From positions 723 through 64,722 of the forward strand of contig JAZNNW010000129.1 in the NCBI GenBank assembly GCA_045580485.1: DNA of 64,000 nucleotides, given 5' to 3'. Source of the DNA: Candidatus Avilachnospira sp. (GTDB lineage: Bacteria > Bacillota > Clostridia > Oscillospirales > Oscillospiraceae). This document shows, in pieces, positions 29,085 to 38,369 of this stretch; within the stretch, counting starts at the first letter, position 1; each line of letters starts with the position of its first letter. Under the pieces are notes generated by a model. It made no database searches. It saw only the letters and a program-made list of their open reading frames with translations, and had not been told where the DNA came from. The position numbers were made by a program, and so were the translations under genes.

Positions 29085-29437
29085 TGGTGGAGATGATGGG
29101 AATCGAACCCATGTCCGAAAATAACTTGACAGGACTTTCTTCGGGCGGAGTTTGTTATTTAAATTCCCTTACCATGGCGTGAACAAACACACTCCACAGC
29201 TTGGTAGAGTCATTATGCATGGGCGAGTCAACTCTTTCCCGCCGCACGGTCACCACTCAAATCACACCCAAGCCCGGCTCGTGGTCCTTCCGGGGAGGAT
29301 GGGCCGCTAATTAAGCAGCAGCCAGAACAGAGTTATTTCTGTCAGTTAATTTTAAAAGAATTGCCCGGTTTAAAGAGGTCAGACACCTCTGCCCGCTTAT
29401 CCAGCCTCACTATCCCCGTCGAAACCAGTGCATCCCC
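29085..29437 (-). ncRNA. ssrA: tmRNA (SsrA)
   Basis: 5' GGGGAUGCACUGGUUUCGACGGGG and 3' GGACAUGGGUUCGAUUCCCAUCAUCUCCACCA give an acceptor stem with G3:U. The internal tag frame ends ...AAT AAC TCT GTT CTG GCT GCT GCT TAA (..NNSVLAAA). smpB lies upstream on the same strand. Confidence 0.93.
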
Positions 29438-29473
29438 ATGTAGGGGGCGAGTCAACTCGCCCCGTAGAAAGCA

Positions 29474-30022
29474 TTAGAAGCGACCGTAGGGATCCTTCAG
29501 TTTTTCAGGTTCGGGATACTCTTCGCCGAAAGTCTCCACAGTGATGGAGGCGATCTTTTGCTCGGTGAGAGGACGATCCTGCATATTGGTCTTGACGGCT
29601 GCGATGGCATCCACCACATCCATGCCCTCGGTGACCATGCCAAAAGCGGCATACTGACCGTCCAGGAAGTCGCCGTCTTCATGCATGATGAAGAACTGGC
29701 TGCCTGCGGAGTTGGGGGACTGGGCTCTTGCCATGGACAGGACGCCACGCTTGTGGGTCAGGGGGTTGGCAACGCCATTGAGCTTGAATTCACCCTTGAT
29801 GCAGTAGCCGGGACCACCGGTGCCGGTGCCCTGAGGGCAGCCGCCCTGGATCATAAAGCCGGAGATGACCCGATGGAAGATCAGACCGTTGTAGTAGCCC
29901 TTATTGGCCAGAGAGATGAAATTCCGTACGGACTGAGGAGCGATCTCGGGGTACAGCTCAGCGACGATCTTGCCGCCGTTGGCCATTTCAATTGTAACAA
30001 CAGGATTTGCCATATCAAACAT
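29474..30022 (-). CDS. ppiB: Cyclophilin-type peptidyl-prolyl cis-trans isomerase
   Basis: [22 protein letters not shown]...[17 protein letters not shown]. Confidence 0.92.
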   Translation of the reverse strand: MFDMANPVVTIEMANGGKIVAELYPEIAPQSVRNFISLANKGYYNGLIFHRVISGFMIQGGCPQGTGTGGPGYCIKGEFKLNGVANPLTHKRGVLSMARAQSPNSAGSQFFIMHEDGDFLDGQYAAFGMVTEGMDVVDAIAAVKTNMQDRPLTEQKIASITVETFGEEYPEPEKLKDPYGRF

Positions 30023-30479
30023 TCCTTTCTTTCAAGGCACGGTCCATCTGCCGTTTGGCATCCTTTTTGGCCGCATCCTCGCGTTTGTCATAGAGTTTTT
30101 TGCCCTTGGCAAGGGCGATTTCCACCTTCACCAGGGAACCCCGGAGATAAACTGACAGGGGAATGAGGGCGTAGCCGTCCTGCTTGACCTTGCCGAAGAG
30201 GTGGTTGATCTCACGCTTATGCATCAGCAGCCGTCGGGGACGCAGGGGGTCTTTGTTGAAGATATTACCCTGCTCATAGGGACTGATGTGCATCTGCTTG
30301 ATCCAGAGTTCTCCGTCCTTGATCTGGCACCAGGCTTCTTTCAGATGCATGGTACCTTTGCGGATGGATTTGACCTCTGTGCCGAACAGCTCGATGCCGG
30401 CTTCAAATTTGTCTTCCACGAAATATTCATGATAAGCCTTGTTGTTTTTGGCAATGATTTTGATGCTGTCTTTCGCCAT
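30015..30479 (-). CDS. smpB: SsrA-binding protein SmpB
   Basis: [32 protein letters not shown]...LLMHKREI. Confidence 0.95.
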   Translation of the reverse strand: MAKDSIKIIAKNNKAYHEYFVEDKFEAGIELFGTEVKSIRKGTMHLKEAWCQIKDGELWIKQMHISPYEQGNIFNKDPLRPRRLLMHKREINHLFGKVKQDGYALIPLSVYLRGSLVKVEIALAKGKKLYDKREDAAKKDAKRQMDRALKERNV

Positions 30480-30578
30480 GCCGGTTCACCTCGCTGGAAC
30501 ATCAGTATAACATATTTCCCCGAAAATGAAAAGAGCAAACAGGAAATTTCCATGGTGGAACATACCACTTGCAATTAT

Positions 30579-30615
30579 CGAACAAATGTGCTAATATAAA
30601 ACAAACAAATGTTCG
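30579..30615 (+). promoter_or_regulatory. Two LexA (Cheo/SOS) box candidates
   Basis: CGAACAAATGTGCT (30579-92) and CAAACAAATGTTCG (30602-15, 13/14) compared with the Firmicute consensus CGAACnnnnGTTCG. Both sit just upstream of the 89-aa ORF and dinB. Confidence 0.6.
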
Positions 30616-30627
30616 AGGTGAGAAGCG

Positions 30628-30897
30628 ATGGACTGTGAAAATCTGCCCATTCAGGTCATCGTCCATTGCGATGCCCAAGGGGAACTGCGACCGCTGCGGT
30701 TTCGGTATGAAGACCAGCAGCATCAGATCCACACCATTCAGGTGGAACAGGTCACAGACAGCCGGAAAGTGGAATTCGTGGGAATTGAGGCGATTTTATA
30801 CCTGTGTAAGGCCCAAGTAGACGGCAAAGAACACCTGTACGAACTGAAATATACGGTACAGACCCATAAATGGGTGTTGTTCCGGCAGATTTATTGA
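30628..30897 (+). CDS. Hypothetical 89-aa protein, first gene of the putative SOS operon with dinB
   Basis: Track ORF with a GAGGTGAGAAG RBS; its stop is 8 nt before the dinB ATG; no known motif. Confidence 0.55.
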   Translation: MDCENLPIQVIVHCDAQGELRPLRFRYEDQQHQIHTIQVEQVTDSRKVEFVGIEAILYLCKAQVDGKEHLYELKYTVQTHKWVLFRQIY

Positions 30898-30905
30898 GGT
30901 CGGTC

Positions 30906-32147
30906 ATGGCGGAGAAGATTATTTTTCATATCGATGTGAATAGTGCCTTTCTCTCCTGGACGGCTGCTTATCGGTGCAAAGTATTGGGGGAGGCGTTTGA
31001 CCTGCGGGAAGTGCCGTCGGTCATTGCGGGGCAGAAGGACTCTCGGCGAAGTATCGTTCTGGCCAAAAGTACGCCGGCGAAGAAATATGGCATCAAAACA
31101 GGGGAACCTCTTGGGATGGCACGGGAGAAATGTCCCAATTTGCAGGTGGCGGAGCCGGATTATGACCTGTATCTGTCTGCCTCCCGGAAGCTAATGGAGC
31201 TGTTGCGGCAGGTGTCGCCCTTGGTGGAGCAGTTTTCCGTTGATGAAGCATGGGTGGATATGACCGGTACCCAGCGGCTCTACGGCAGCCCTGTATTTGC
31301 TGCCCAATGGCTGAAAGACCGCATTTACCAGGAGCTGGGTTTTACAGTGAATATTGGCGTTTCTTCCAATAAAATGCTGGCAAAAATGGCAGGAGAACTG
31401 GAAAAACCCAACAAGGTCATAACTTTGTTCCCTTGGGAAATGGAGAAAAAACTGTGGCCGTTACCTGTCCGGGAGCTGTTTTATGTGGGCAAAGCCACAG
31501 AGGATAAGCTGCACCGTATGGGCATTTATACCATCGGTCAGCTGGCAAAAGCAGACCCCGGAGAGCTGCGGAAGAAACTCTATAAACATGGCGAGACCAT
31601 CTGGCATTTGGCCAACGGACGCAATGCAGACCCGGTGCTGCCGGAACTGCCGGAAAATAAAGGCTATGGCAATGCTATGACCACCCCACGGGATGTGACG
31701 GATCTGGCCTATGCCCAGCAGGTGCTGCTGAGCCTTTGTGAAACGGTGGCGGCACGGATGCGGCGGGATGGACAGACCGGTCGGTGTGTGTCTCTGCAAT
31801 GGCGCACAGCCCAGTTTGAGAATTTTTCCAGTCAGCGGCAGCTTCCTTCAGCCACAAACAGTACCACAGAGATCTACGAGGCAGCCTGTGGGATTTTGGA
31901 ACAGGTGTGGGATAAAAAGACACCCCTGCGGCAGCTGGGTGTCCAGCTGAGCAGGGTGTCTCATGAGCCTTATCGGCAGTATAGCATGTTTGATACCAGA
32001 CGGTTTGATAAACTGGAAAAGCTGGATACAGCCATAGATGCCATCCGGGAGAAGTTTGGCGAGGAAGCTGTTTGCCGAGCATCTGTGCTTTCTTTCCAGG
32101 ATCCCAGAAAAGGCTCCCGATCTGTGGCTTTTCATGTCCAGCTGTAA
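30906..32147 (+). CDS. dinB: Y-family DNA polymerase IV
   Basis: IFHIDVNSAFLSW, SVDEAWVDMT, and little-finger region. Start ATG 30906. Confidence 0.9.
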   Translation: MAEKIIFHIDVNSAFLSWTAAYRCKVLGEAFDLREVPSVIAGQKDSRRSIVLAKSTPAKKYGIKTGEPLGMAREKCPNLQVAEPDYDLYLSASRKLMELLRQVSPLVEQFSVDEAWVDMTGTQRLYGSPVFAAQWLKDRIYQELGFTVNIGVSSNKMLAKMAGELEKPNKVITLFPWEMEKKLWPLPVRELFYVGKATEDKLHRMGIYTIGQLAKADPGELRKKLYKHGETIWHLANGRNADPVLPELPENKGYGNAMTTPRDVTDLAYAQQVLLSLCETVAARMRRDGQTGRCVSLQWRTAQFENFSSQRQLPSATNSTTEIYEAACGILEQVWDKKTPLRQLGVQLSRVSHEPYRQYSMFDTRRFDKLEKLDTAIDAIREKFGEEAVCRASVLSFQDPRKGSRSVAFHVQL

Positions 32148-32380
32148 AGGAAAATGCCCATCTGAAGCAGCAGAATCACTGGCAGACCGATGGAGAAAAG
32201 CGGTTTTCTGGTCTTATGGCGAAAAAATACCATGCCGCAAATGATACCAAGGCTACCGCCAAGAATACCGATGCCTAAAAGCACCTTTTCCGGGATACGG
32301 AATTGATGCTTTTGGGCTTTTCTTTTGTCAATCAGCATAAGAAGGCAGGCTGCTGCATTGATTAAAATAAGGTAGAGCAT
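32132..32380 (-). CDS. DUF1294 family small membrane protein
   Basis: IDKRKAQKHQFRIPEKVLLGIGILGGSLGIICGMVFFRHKTRK, a typical DUF1294 core. Confidence 0.8.
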   Translation of the reverse strand: MLYLILINAAACLLMLIDKRKAQKHQFRIPEKVLLGIGILGGSLGIICGMVFFRHKTRKPLFSIGLPVILLLQMGIFLYSWT

Positions 32381-32405
32381 AAATCATCCTTTCGGAGGTG
32401 GCGAC

Positions 32406-32900
32406 ATGAAACTTTTGGTGTTGATTTCTCTTATTTTGGTACTAAGCGGCTGCAGCTTACAGACCGCAGCATGGGAAACCGTCACAGACAGTGTATCCCA
32501 ACAGAAACAGGCAGCTTATGATATTACAGTTGGTCTGTCGGAGAGTGCTCTGACAGACCAGACGGATCTATGCAGTCGATACGAAACCCAGTCCTTGCAG
32601 GTAGAAACGCAGATCTTTCAGGCGGCAGATCTGAATGGGGCAGTTCGATACCTCAGCGGTTTCGAGGCGGAAAAACTGACGATTTTGCAGACAAGCCGCT
32701 TTGATCTGCCGGAATATCAGTTCGCATGGTACAGCCAGACGGAAGAGGGCGGCAGACTGTATCGAGCCGATTTGGTTATGGACGGAATGAATTGCTATGC
32801 AGTGGTGTGCAGCTTCCCGGAACAGGCAGGGGAGTCCGCGTGGACAGAAGCAAGACAGGTCTTTTCTTCCTTTGGACTGTCGCCTACGGAACTGGTATAA
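32406..32900 (+). CDS. Hypothetical lipoprotein
   Basis: Signal peptide with lipobox LVLSGC; RBS GGAGGTGG. Confidence 0.6.
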   Translation: MKLLVLISLILVLSGCSLQTAAWETVTDSVSQQKQAAYDITVGLSESALTDQTDLCSRYETQSLQVETQIFQAADLNGAVRYLSGFEAEKLTILQTSRFDLPEYQFAWYSQTEEGGRLYRADLVMDGMNCYAVVCSFPEQAGESAWTEARQVFSSFGLSPTELV

Positions 32901-32920
32901 AGGAAGCAGATCGTATCCTC

Positions 32921-33370
32921 TTACAGCAGTTTGTTGAGAAGTGCAATGCAGCCTGCGGTCACATCATTCCAGGTGGCGTCAAAATCGCCGGTGTACCAAG
33001 GATCAGCAACGCTTCGACTGCTGTCGGCGTGCTCCAGTAACAGAGACACTTTGCCTTCGGGATCGCTGCCGATAATGCGGTCCAGATAACGAAGGTTGGA
33101 GGTATCCATGCAAATCAGATAGTCATAGTGGGCATAGTCAGATTTGGTTACCTGACGGGCGAATTTACCATCACAGGAAATACCGTTTTCAGCCAGCTTT
33201 CTTCTGGCAGGCGGATAGACCGGATTTCCTAACTCCTCACGGCTGACAGCAGCGGAGGCAATCTCAAACCGGTCAGCAACACCGGCCTTTTTCACCAAAT
33301 CCTTCATAACAAACTCAGCCATAGGGCTGCGGCAGATATTGCCGTGGCATACGAAAAGAATTTTAATCAT
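32921..33370 (-). CDS. Low-molecular-weight protein-tyrosine phosphatase
   Basis: P-loop CHGNICRSPMAE at the N-terminus and DPWY near the C-terminus. Start ATG 33370 with an AAGGTGA RBS. Its first ~7 codons, RBS and promoter lie inside element A. Confidence 0.88.
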   Translation of the reverse strand: MIKILFVCHGNICRSPMAEFVMKDLVKKAGVADRFEIASAAVSREELGNPVYPPARRKLAENGISCDGKFARQVTKSDYAHYDYLICMDTSNLRYLDRIIGSDPEGKVSLLLEHADSSRSVADPWYTGDFDATWNDVTAGCIALLNKLL

Positions 33371-33505
33371 ATATAAAATCACCTTAAAATGTGTAAATTT
33401 TCTTGTTATTTCAATGTTTTCTTTACTTTTTGAACGAATAATTTCTTGTCTGTTTTCTGAGTGAACTTATAAATCTACATAAATCTTTATAACTTTTCTC
33501 GCAAA

Positions 33506-33536
33506 TGGTGTCAAATTGGTGTCAGTTTTGGTGTCA
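33506..33536 (+). repeat. Three direct TGGTGTCA repeats (putative arm-type integrase sites, int-proximal)
   Basis: Copies at 33506-13, 33517-24 and 33529-36, spaced 11-12 nt. The same motif recurs at 44166-84. Confidence 0.6.
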
Positions 33537-33563
33537 GCTAAAACGGGAAAAGATTCTTTGATT

Positions 33564-34724
33564 TCAGCGATTTGCGGCAATCTTTGCGTGCGCTTTTTCG
33601 GCGGCAACATAGCTGGAATGGGTGTAGGTGTTGAGTGTAGTATAAGCATCAGCGTGTCCCATAAGGTATTGCAGGTTTTTGATCTCCATTCCCGCATTTG
33701 CCATCTCAGTACAAAAGGTATGGCGCAACACATGAGGCGTAATTGAAGGTAATTTGTCATCGTGACTCTTATTGTAGTTGTCGATGATCCGCTTCATTGC
33801 GTGTTCCAAATGTCCTGCAACTTTCGGTTTTCCGTCCTTGTCCAAGAAGAGAAAACCAGAATGCCCATTTATCAGCATTTCGACCTTCGGTGTCTTGCGG
33901 TTTTGAATCACATTCTGAAATGCCTGATACACTGCACCATCCATCGGAACATAGCGTTCTCCACTGTCAGTTTTGGGTTTTTCAATATAATACTCACAGT
34001 TTCGGGTGCGTGTGAGCTGCCGCTCTACTCTGATTCTGCGTTCTTTGAAGTCAATATCCGACTTAGTAAGGCCGTACAATTCAGAGATTCTAAGGCCAGT
34101 CCCAAGCAGTATAATGATTTCGTCATAGTATCTTCTGCGGCATTTATCGCCTAAGACATATGCCAGATACTTTTCCTTTTCCTCTTGGCTGAGAGCCTTG
34201 CGGGTTACAGAATCATTAGGGACAACATCAACCACACGGAAAGAAAATGGATTGCGGCGAACAATGTCATCCTCAACCGCCATCTCAAACGCTGGTCTAA
34301 GTACGCCTCGTACTGTGGTTATGGAACTGTACTTATACCCATCATCATGCAGTTTTATAAACCACTGCTTTGCATCAGAAGGCTTTATGTCCTTTATCTG
34401 ACGATAGGCAAAATCCTCCTTCTTCAGAAGGTTGAGTACAAAATTATATCCAACCTTGGTATTATAGCGTACACCCTGACGCTGAGGAATGTAGCGTTCC
34501 ACCAATGCAAGCACAGTAATTGATCCTGCTGCATAGTCAATACCGTCCTGAAGGTCACGCTGAATCAGTTGCTCCTTTTCTCGCAATTCGGTTAGTGTCT
34601 GAGCGTAGATACATTTCCGATTACCCCGATTGTCCATGTAGCGGTACATATATCTGCCGTCAGAACGATAGCTTTCACCGTCTTTTAGAATCCTTCCTTT
34701 TTTATCCTTGCGCTTTTCAGACAA
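33564..34724 (-). CDS. int: Tyrosine site-specific integrase (Tn916 Int-like), element A
   Basis: 386 aa with an N-terminal arm-binding-like domain, TGLRISEL (Arg), HVLRHTF (HxxR), and LMGHADAYTTLNTYTH (His..Tyr). TTG start after AAAGGAGAG. Confidence 0.9.
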   Translation of the reverse strand: MSEKRKDKKGRILKDGESYRSDGRYMYRYMDNRGNRKCIYAQTLTELREKEQLIQRDLQDGIDYAAGSITVLALVERYIPQRQGVRYNTKVGYNFVLNLLKKEDFAYRQIKDIKPSDAKQWFIKLHDDGYKYSSITTVRGVLRPAFEMAVEDDIVRRNPFSFRVVDVVPNDSVTRKALSQEEKEKYLAYVLGDKCRRRYYDEIIILLGTGLRISELYGLTKSDIDFKERRIRVERQLTRTRNCEYYIEKPKTDSGERYVPMDGAVYQAFQNVIQNRKTPKVEMLINGHSGFLFLDKDGKPKVAGHLEHAMKRIIDNYNKSHDDKLPSITPHVLRHTFCTEMANAGMEIKNLQYLMGHADAYTTLNTYTHSSYVAAEKAHAKIAANR

Positions 34725-34802
34725 TTTTCAACTCTCTCCTTTCTGGAAAAGCGCCCGATATGGTAAGGACATTCTACCACATCGGAGTCCTTTTTTCCAT
34801 AT

Positions 34803-34997
34803 TCAGATTGAGTATGCGGCATTAAAATAACTCTCGCATTGCTTGCGCTTGATAAGCCTTTTATTACCCACCCAAAGGACAAACTTACACTTGCCATCGT
34901 TGGTGATCTCTCTAAGTTTGTTAATACCTACGCCAAAATAAGCTGCGGCCTCTTCCAGCGTCAGGTTTGCTTTCTCCCACACGGGAACATTGATCAT
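34803..34997 (-). CDS. xis: Excisionase / MerR-like HTH DNA-binding protein (Tn916 Xis-like)
   Basis: 64 aa, LTLEEAAAYFGVGINKLREI; strong AGGAGG RBS; directly upstream of int. Confidence 0.8.
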   Translation of the reverse strand: MINVPVWEKANLTLEEAAAYFGVGINKLREITNDGKCKFVLWVGNKRLIKRKQCESYFNAAYSI

Positions 34998-35385
34998 AGC
35001 GTCCTCCTTCCTGCAATTTTTTCAATCGCTTGTACCGACCCTCCCGCCCTGCTGTTATCGTGATCCTGTGGAGTCATGTAACCTTGTGTGATGTGTTTTC
35101 TTGTATCGTTAAGCCCTGCGGGGCAGGGCGAATAATCTTGTTCGGTGTGTAGTCTTGCTCTGCTTTTTAATCTTTTTACTGTTCTACTCAAAATATCATC
35201 GGAATTTTTCACCGATCCGATGATGCAAAATGATACCTTTTCCAGATGGTAATTCAAGCCCAAATGCCCATATAATGGTCATATTGCGATGAATGCTCGA
35301 TGACATAGAATATGCAACAACAGTGTTACTCTTCCGGGCGAAGTCTCCAAACGACCATAATCATGGCAGTTATACGACTTTGAGT

Positions 35386-35478
35386 TAAAAATAAAAAACC
35401 ATAAAGGGATATAATTTCCCCTTTGATAAGGGGACTGAGCGGGACATTGCAAACCTGAGTTTACTCAGGTACGGCAAT
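35386..35478 (-). promoter_or_regulatory. Mutually exclusive hairpins plus U-run (attenuator-like) and an adjacent interrupted hairpin
   Basis: On the minus strand, CCCCUU-AUCA-AAGGGG competes with AAAGGG..CCCUUU followed by AUGGUUUUUUAUUUUU. Upstream lies AUUGC-CGUA-CCUGAG-UAAA-CUCAGG-UUU-GCAAU. The region sits between the ATPase gene and xis-int. Confidence 0.35.
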
Positions 35479-35591
35479 TCCTGCAAAGAGGGGTTAGACA
35501 ATAACCTTAGCCCTAAACTTTCTTTTAAAGGCTACATCTTAAAAAGCCCATCCCAATGGGAGTTTTATTTTTTGTTTTGAACTTACTAAGT

Positions 35592-36863
35592 TCACGGAAT
35601 ATGAGGAACACACAACCAATCACATAACAAATTGCGCATTCTGGACGATGGGATATAGAGGTTGACTGGCTCTTTATTCCGTATTGCGCTACGCCATATC
35701 CATTGTAGCATTTCGCTTAGAGCGAATTGATCATCGCTTAAATTAAAGCCACGGGCAGAAAAATATTTTCTATGCTCAGGATTCGGATAACGGTTTAATA
35801 GGTAAATCAGAGTTCGTCTATTTGCATAATCATTTGTCGCCCTTGCATTACAGGGAACAAACTGTTCCAGCAATTTGAGTTGTGACGCTGGCTGTTGTTT
35901 CTCTTCAGAAGTCAGTTTTTTCAAGTAGCGGAAGCCTTTGGCGTGTTGTAGTTTGTTATACAACGGCGTATCCATTATCGTTGTCCACATTATTTCGGAG
36001 GTTTTTGCACCGATGTGATTCTTATAATTCCTCACAGTCTTTTGTATTTGCTCACTCTGCTGCTGATCCAGTTTTGTTAGCCAGCTCTTGGAGAATGAGT
36101 AATTACGCCCTCCAATACGATTGAATTTCCCAGAATATATGTTAATTAACCCGGCATATTCCTCACGGAGCTGCTTTGCTGTTGTATACTTACCCAGCAT
36201 ATACCGCTCATTTGATCGCTCTACGGAAAGCATTTCATAATTGAAACCGTACAGCGAGAAGTAAGCATCCAGCATTGTGTTTTGAAATAGGTAAGTTAAA
36301 ACATATATTGAGGAAAATGCACGAAATACAGTTGGAGGGTATTCCCAATATAGAGAATTATCAATACATTTCAATGTTCCGTTTTTTGCAAGCCGCTGTA
36401 TTTCTGCATAATGAAATGCATTATCTATTGTGACATTTCCATTCCATAGGACATTGTATTTGTCATCGGCTGAAATGTAACCTTCATTCATGAGCCATTT
36501 TACATCTCCCGAATTTACTTTCTTGTCCTTTGGGGCAACTGAGTTGTATTCACATAGCACTTCCAAGGCTTCATCCATCACTAAAATGTATTTGCCTTCA
36601 TGGATCAAATGAATGGTTTCCTCGGTTGCCATTAAAAACAGGGCATGGGTGGTTGCGATGTTTTTTTCGTTTAACAACAGATCATGTAACGAATCAAGTT
36701 TACCTTTTCCAAGATCGACAGGCTGCGTAAAGTCTCGCGTATTATCTATAACTCGTTCAACTTCCGTCAAAAATGGTGTTACGAAGATAAACCGCAAACT
36801 ATAACCACGATTCATTGTATCGATCATTGCGGTAGTTTTTCCGCTGCCCATAATCGAATCCAC
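35592..36863 (-). CDS. P-loop NTPase, helicase-like (Walker A/B); 5' end probably frameshifted
   Basis: Walker A IMGSGKTT, Walker B ILVMDEALE, C-terminal QWIWRSAIRN (motif VI-like). The track start is a GTG without an RBS. A good RBS+ATG at 36933 is out of frame by one base across an A5 run. Confidence 0.6.
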   Translation of the reverse strand: MDSIMGSGKTTAMIDTMNRGYSLRFIFVTPFLTEVERVIDNTRDFTQPVDLGKGKLDSLHDLLLNEKNIATTHALFLMATEETIHLIHEGKYILVMDEALEVLCEYNSVAPKDKKVNSGDVKWLMNEGYISADDKYNVLWNGNVTIDNAFHYAEIQRLAKNGTLKCIDNSLYWEYPPTVFRAFSSIYVLTYLFQNTMLDAYFSLYGFNYEMLSVERSNERYMLGKYTTAKQLREEYAGLINIYSGKFNRIGGRNYSFSKSWLTKLDQQQSEQIQKTVRNYKNHIGAKTSEIMWTTIMDTPLYNKLQHAKGFRYLKKLTSEEKQQPASQLKLLEQFVPCNARATNDYANRRTLIYLLNRYPNPEHRKYFSARGFNLSDDQFALSEMLQWIWRSAIRNKEPVNLYIPSSRMRNLLCDWLCVPHIP

Positions 36864-36942
36864 GATTACGGTTTTAATCTGGTCACTCTCTTTAAGCCAA
36901 TAGGGTTTATTTAGTTTTTCTCTGATACTGCATCACTCCTTC

Positions 36943-37545
36943 TTAATATAAATCTATACCATGAGTTGCGTTTAAAATTTCATACGCCTGAGCGTTTTCT
37001 ATGGCTTTGTCAAGCAATTCTACAATATTCCTTTTAAGCGAAATCAAAAAGTTTGCCCGATTATGTTCTGAAGCTGCAATATCAAAAGAGCGAACTATTG
37101 CATATAAAACAGGCCGCAGGGCATCATTTGACCCAATATCCATAATTTTGTTGAACACTGCCGTTTCTCCATCAATAAAGGATATCAGATCTTCAAACTC
37201 AATAAACGCTCTGCCTTTTCCTTTGAGATAGTAATCAATTCTGCTAATTGTGTTCCTCTCATTTTTAAGAGCTGCTTCGTGTTGGGAAAACAAAAACGCT
37301 TCTTTAGACTCTTGTTTTTCCGATTGTAGTAGAGCATCAATTTCCTGTTTATTTTCGTCTGTAAGCGCTCCTAAAAGACGCTCTGGAACGCCAAAAATCT
37401 GTGACATTTCTGCTAATCTACTTCCGGGAATCGCACAAGTACCATGCTCCCATTGTGAAATTGTTTGCCTTGTAATTCCCATTCGTTTGCCCAGCGTATC
37501 CAAACTCATACCGTGGGCTTTACGAATATATTGCAATCCATTCAT
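36943..37545 (-). CDS. XRE-family HTH regulator with an uncharacterised C-terminal domain
   Basis: MNGLQYIRKAHGMSLDTLGKRMGITRQTISQWEHG; start ATG 37545 after AAAGGAG; stop is 10 nt before the ATPase RBS/ATG. Confidence 0.8.
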   Translation of the reverse strand: MNGLQYIRKAHGMSLDTLGKRMGITRQTISQWEHGTCAIPGSRLAEMSQIFGVPERLLGALTDENKQEIDALLQSEKQESKEAFLFSQHEAALKNERNTISRIDYYLKGKGRAFIEFEDLISFIDGETAVFNKIMDIGSNDALRPVLYAIVRSFDIAASEHNRANFLISLKRNIVELLDKAIENAQAYEILNATHGIDLY

Positions 37546-37726
37546 AACTAAAACTCCTTTACCTGACATATGATTTGTAAGGTTGATTACATCATACCAC
37601 CTGACATTTAATTTGTCAAGTGAGTTGCATGATTTTTTTCTCACTACATTGCTTTTCCGACATTGGACGAAAAACCGCCCTGCTCAGTATTGAACAAGGC
37701 GGCTTTTTGTTTTTTGTGATTGCCTG

Positions 37727-38263
37727 TTAGGGACAAATTGGGAAGATAACGCTATCTGTTTCGCAGGTTGCTCCCCACCAGCTCAAACAGCGGTGTTGTT
37801 CTGCGTTGTTACACTGGCTGCTGTAACAATAGGACAACGAAAAATGCGTTTCATCGCCATTGCGGTCAAAAAGGTTCAACTCCTTATTCATGGTGAAATC
37901 TGATCTATATACTTCCTGTGCTTTTTCCCATTGTGGATCTTCTTCAAACTTTGCCCTAAAGTATTGGATTGCATAATCTGTGGCAGACAAGCCACTATTC
38001 CAGAACAACTTGTTTGCCTCTATATCTACCATTGAAATATATCTGTATTTGCTCTTATCGCCGCCAAAACGGACAAAGTATTTTTGTCGAGGTAAAATCC
38101 TCTTGTTGTAGAAATTGCAATGCTCCCTGATTTGATGCTCTACACCGTCCCATACATCCATCTGCTTTAGTTGAGCATCCCATACCGCCACTTGACGAGC
38201 GGCGGCGTTCTGCTGCAACCGTTCACCAGCGATAACGCCCAAAAATAACGCTTCCAATAGCAT
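37727..38263 (-). CDS. Hypothetical protein, Cys-rich C-terminus
   Basis: Track ORF 37727-38377. Start reset to ATG 38263 (RBS GGGAGGT, 9-nt spacer). No recognisable domain. Confidence 0.5.
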   Translation of the reverse strand: MLLEALFLGVIAGERLQQNAAARQVAVWDAQLKQMDVWDGVEHQIREHCNFYNKRILPRQKYFVRFGGDKSKYRYISMVDIEANKLFWNSGLSATDYAIQYFRAKFEEDPQWEKAQEVYRSDFTMNKELNLFDRNGDETHFSLSYCYSSQCNNAEQHRCLSWWGATCETDSVIFPICP

Positions 38264-38369
38264 AATTAATATACCTCCCACTCTATTTACTCTAAATATT
38301 ATCTCATATGCCATATCCAATAAAACGGACAATAGGCAGGGGTTGCAGTTCGTTCCCTGCCTTAGTCTA

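Noticed and set aside
29221-29459. The 14-nt word GGGCGAGTCAACTC occurs both inside ssrA (29221-34) and in the hairpin just 5' of the mature tmRNA (29446-59).
   Set aside because: This is a single short repeat. The upstream copy is part of the ppiB terminator/precursor hairpin. Evidence for any function is insufficient.
34994-35263. 89-aa TTG-start ORF upstream of xis, overlapping the xis start in an ATGA arrangement.
   Set aside because: No RBS, no recognisable fold, and an odd composition. The ATGA overlap is suggestive, but I cannot support a gene. It may be the tail of a decayed regulatory gene.
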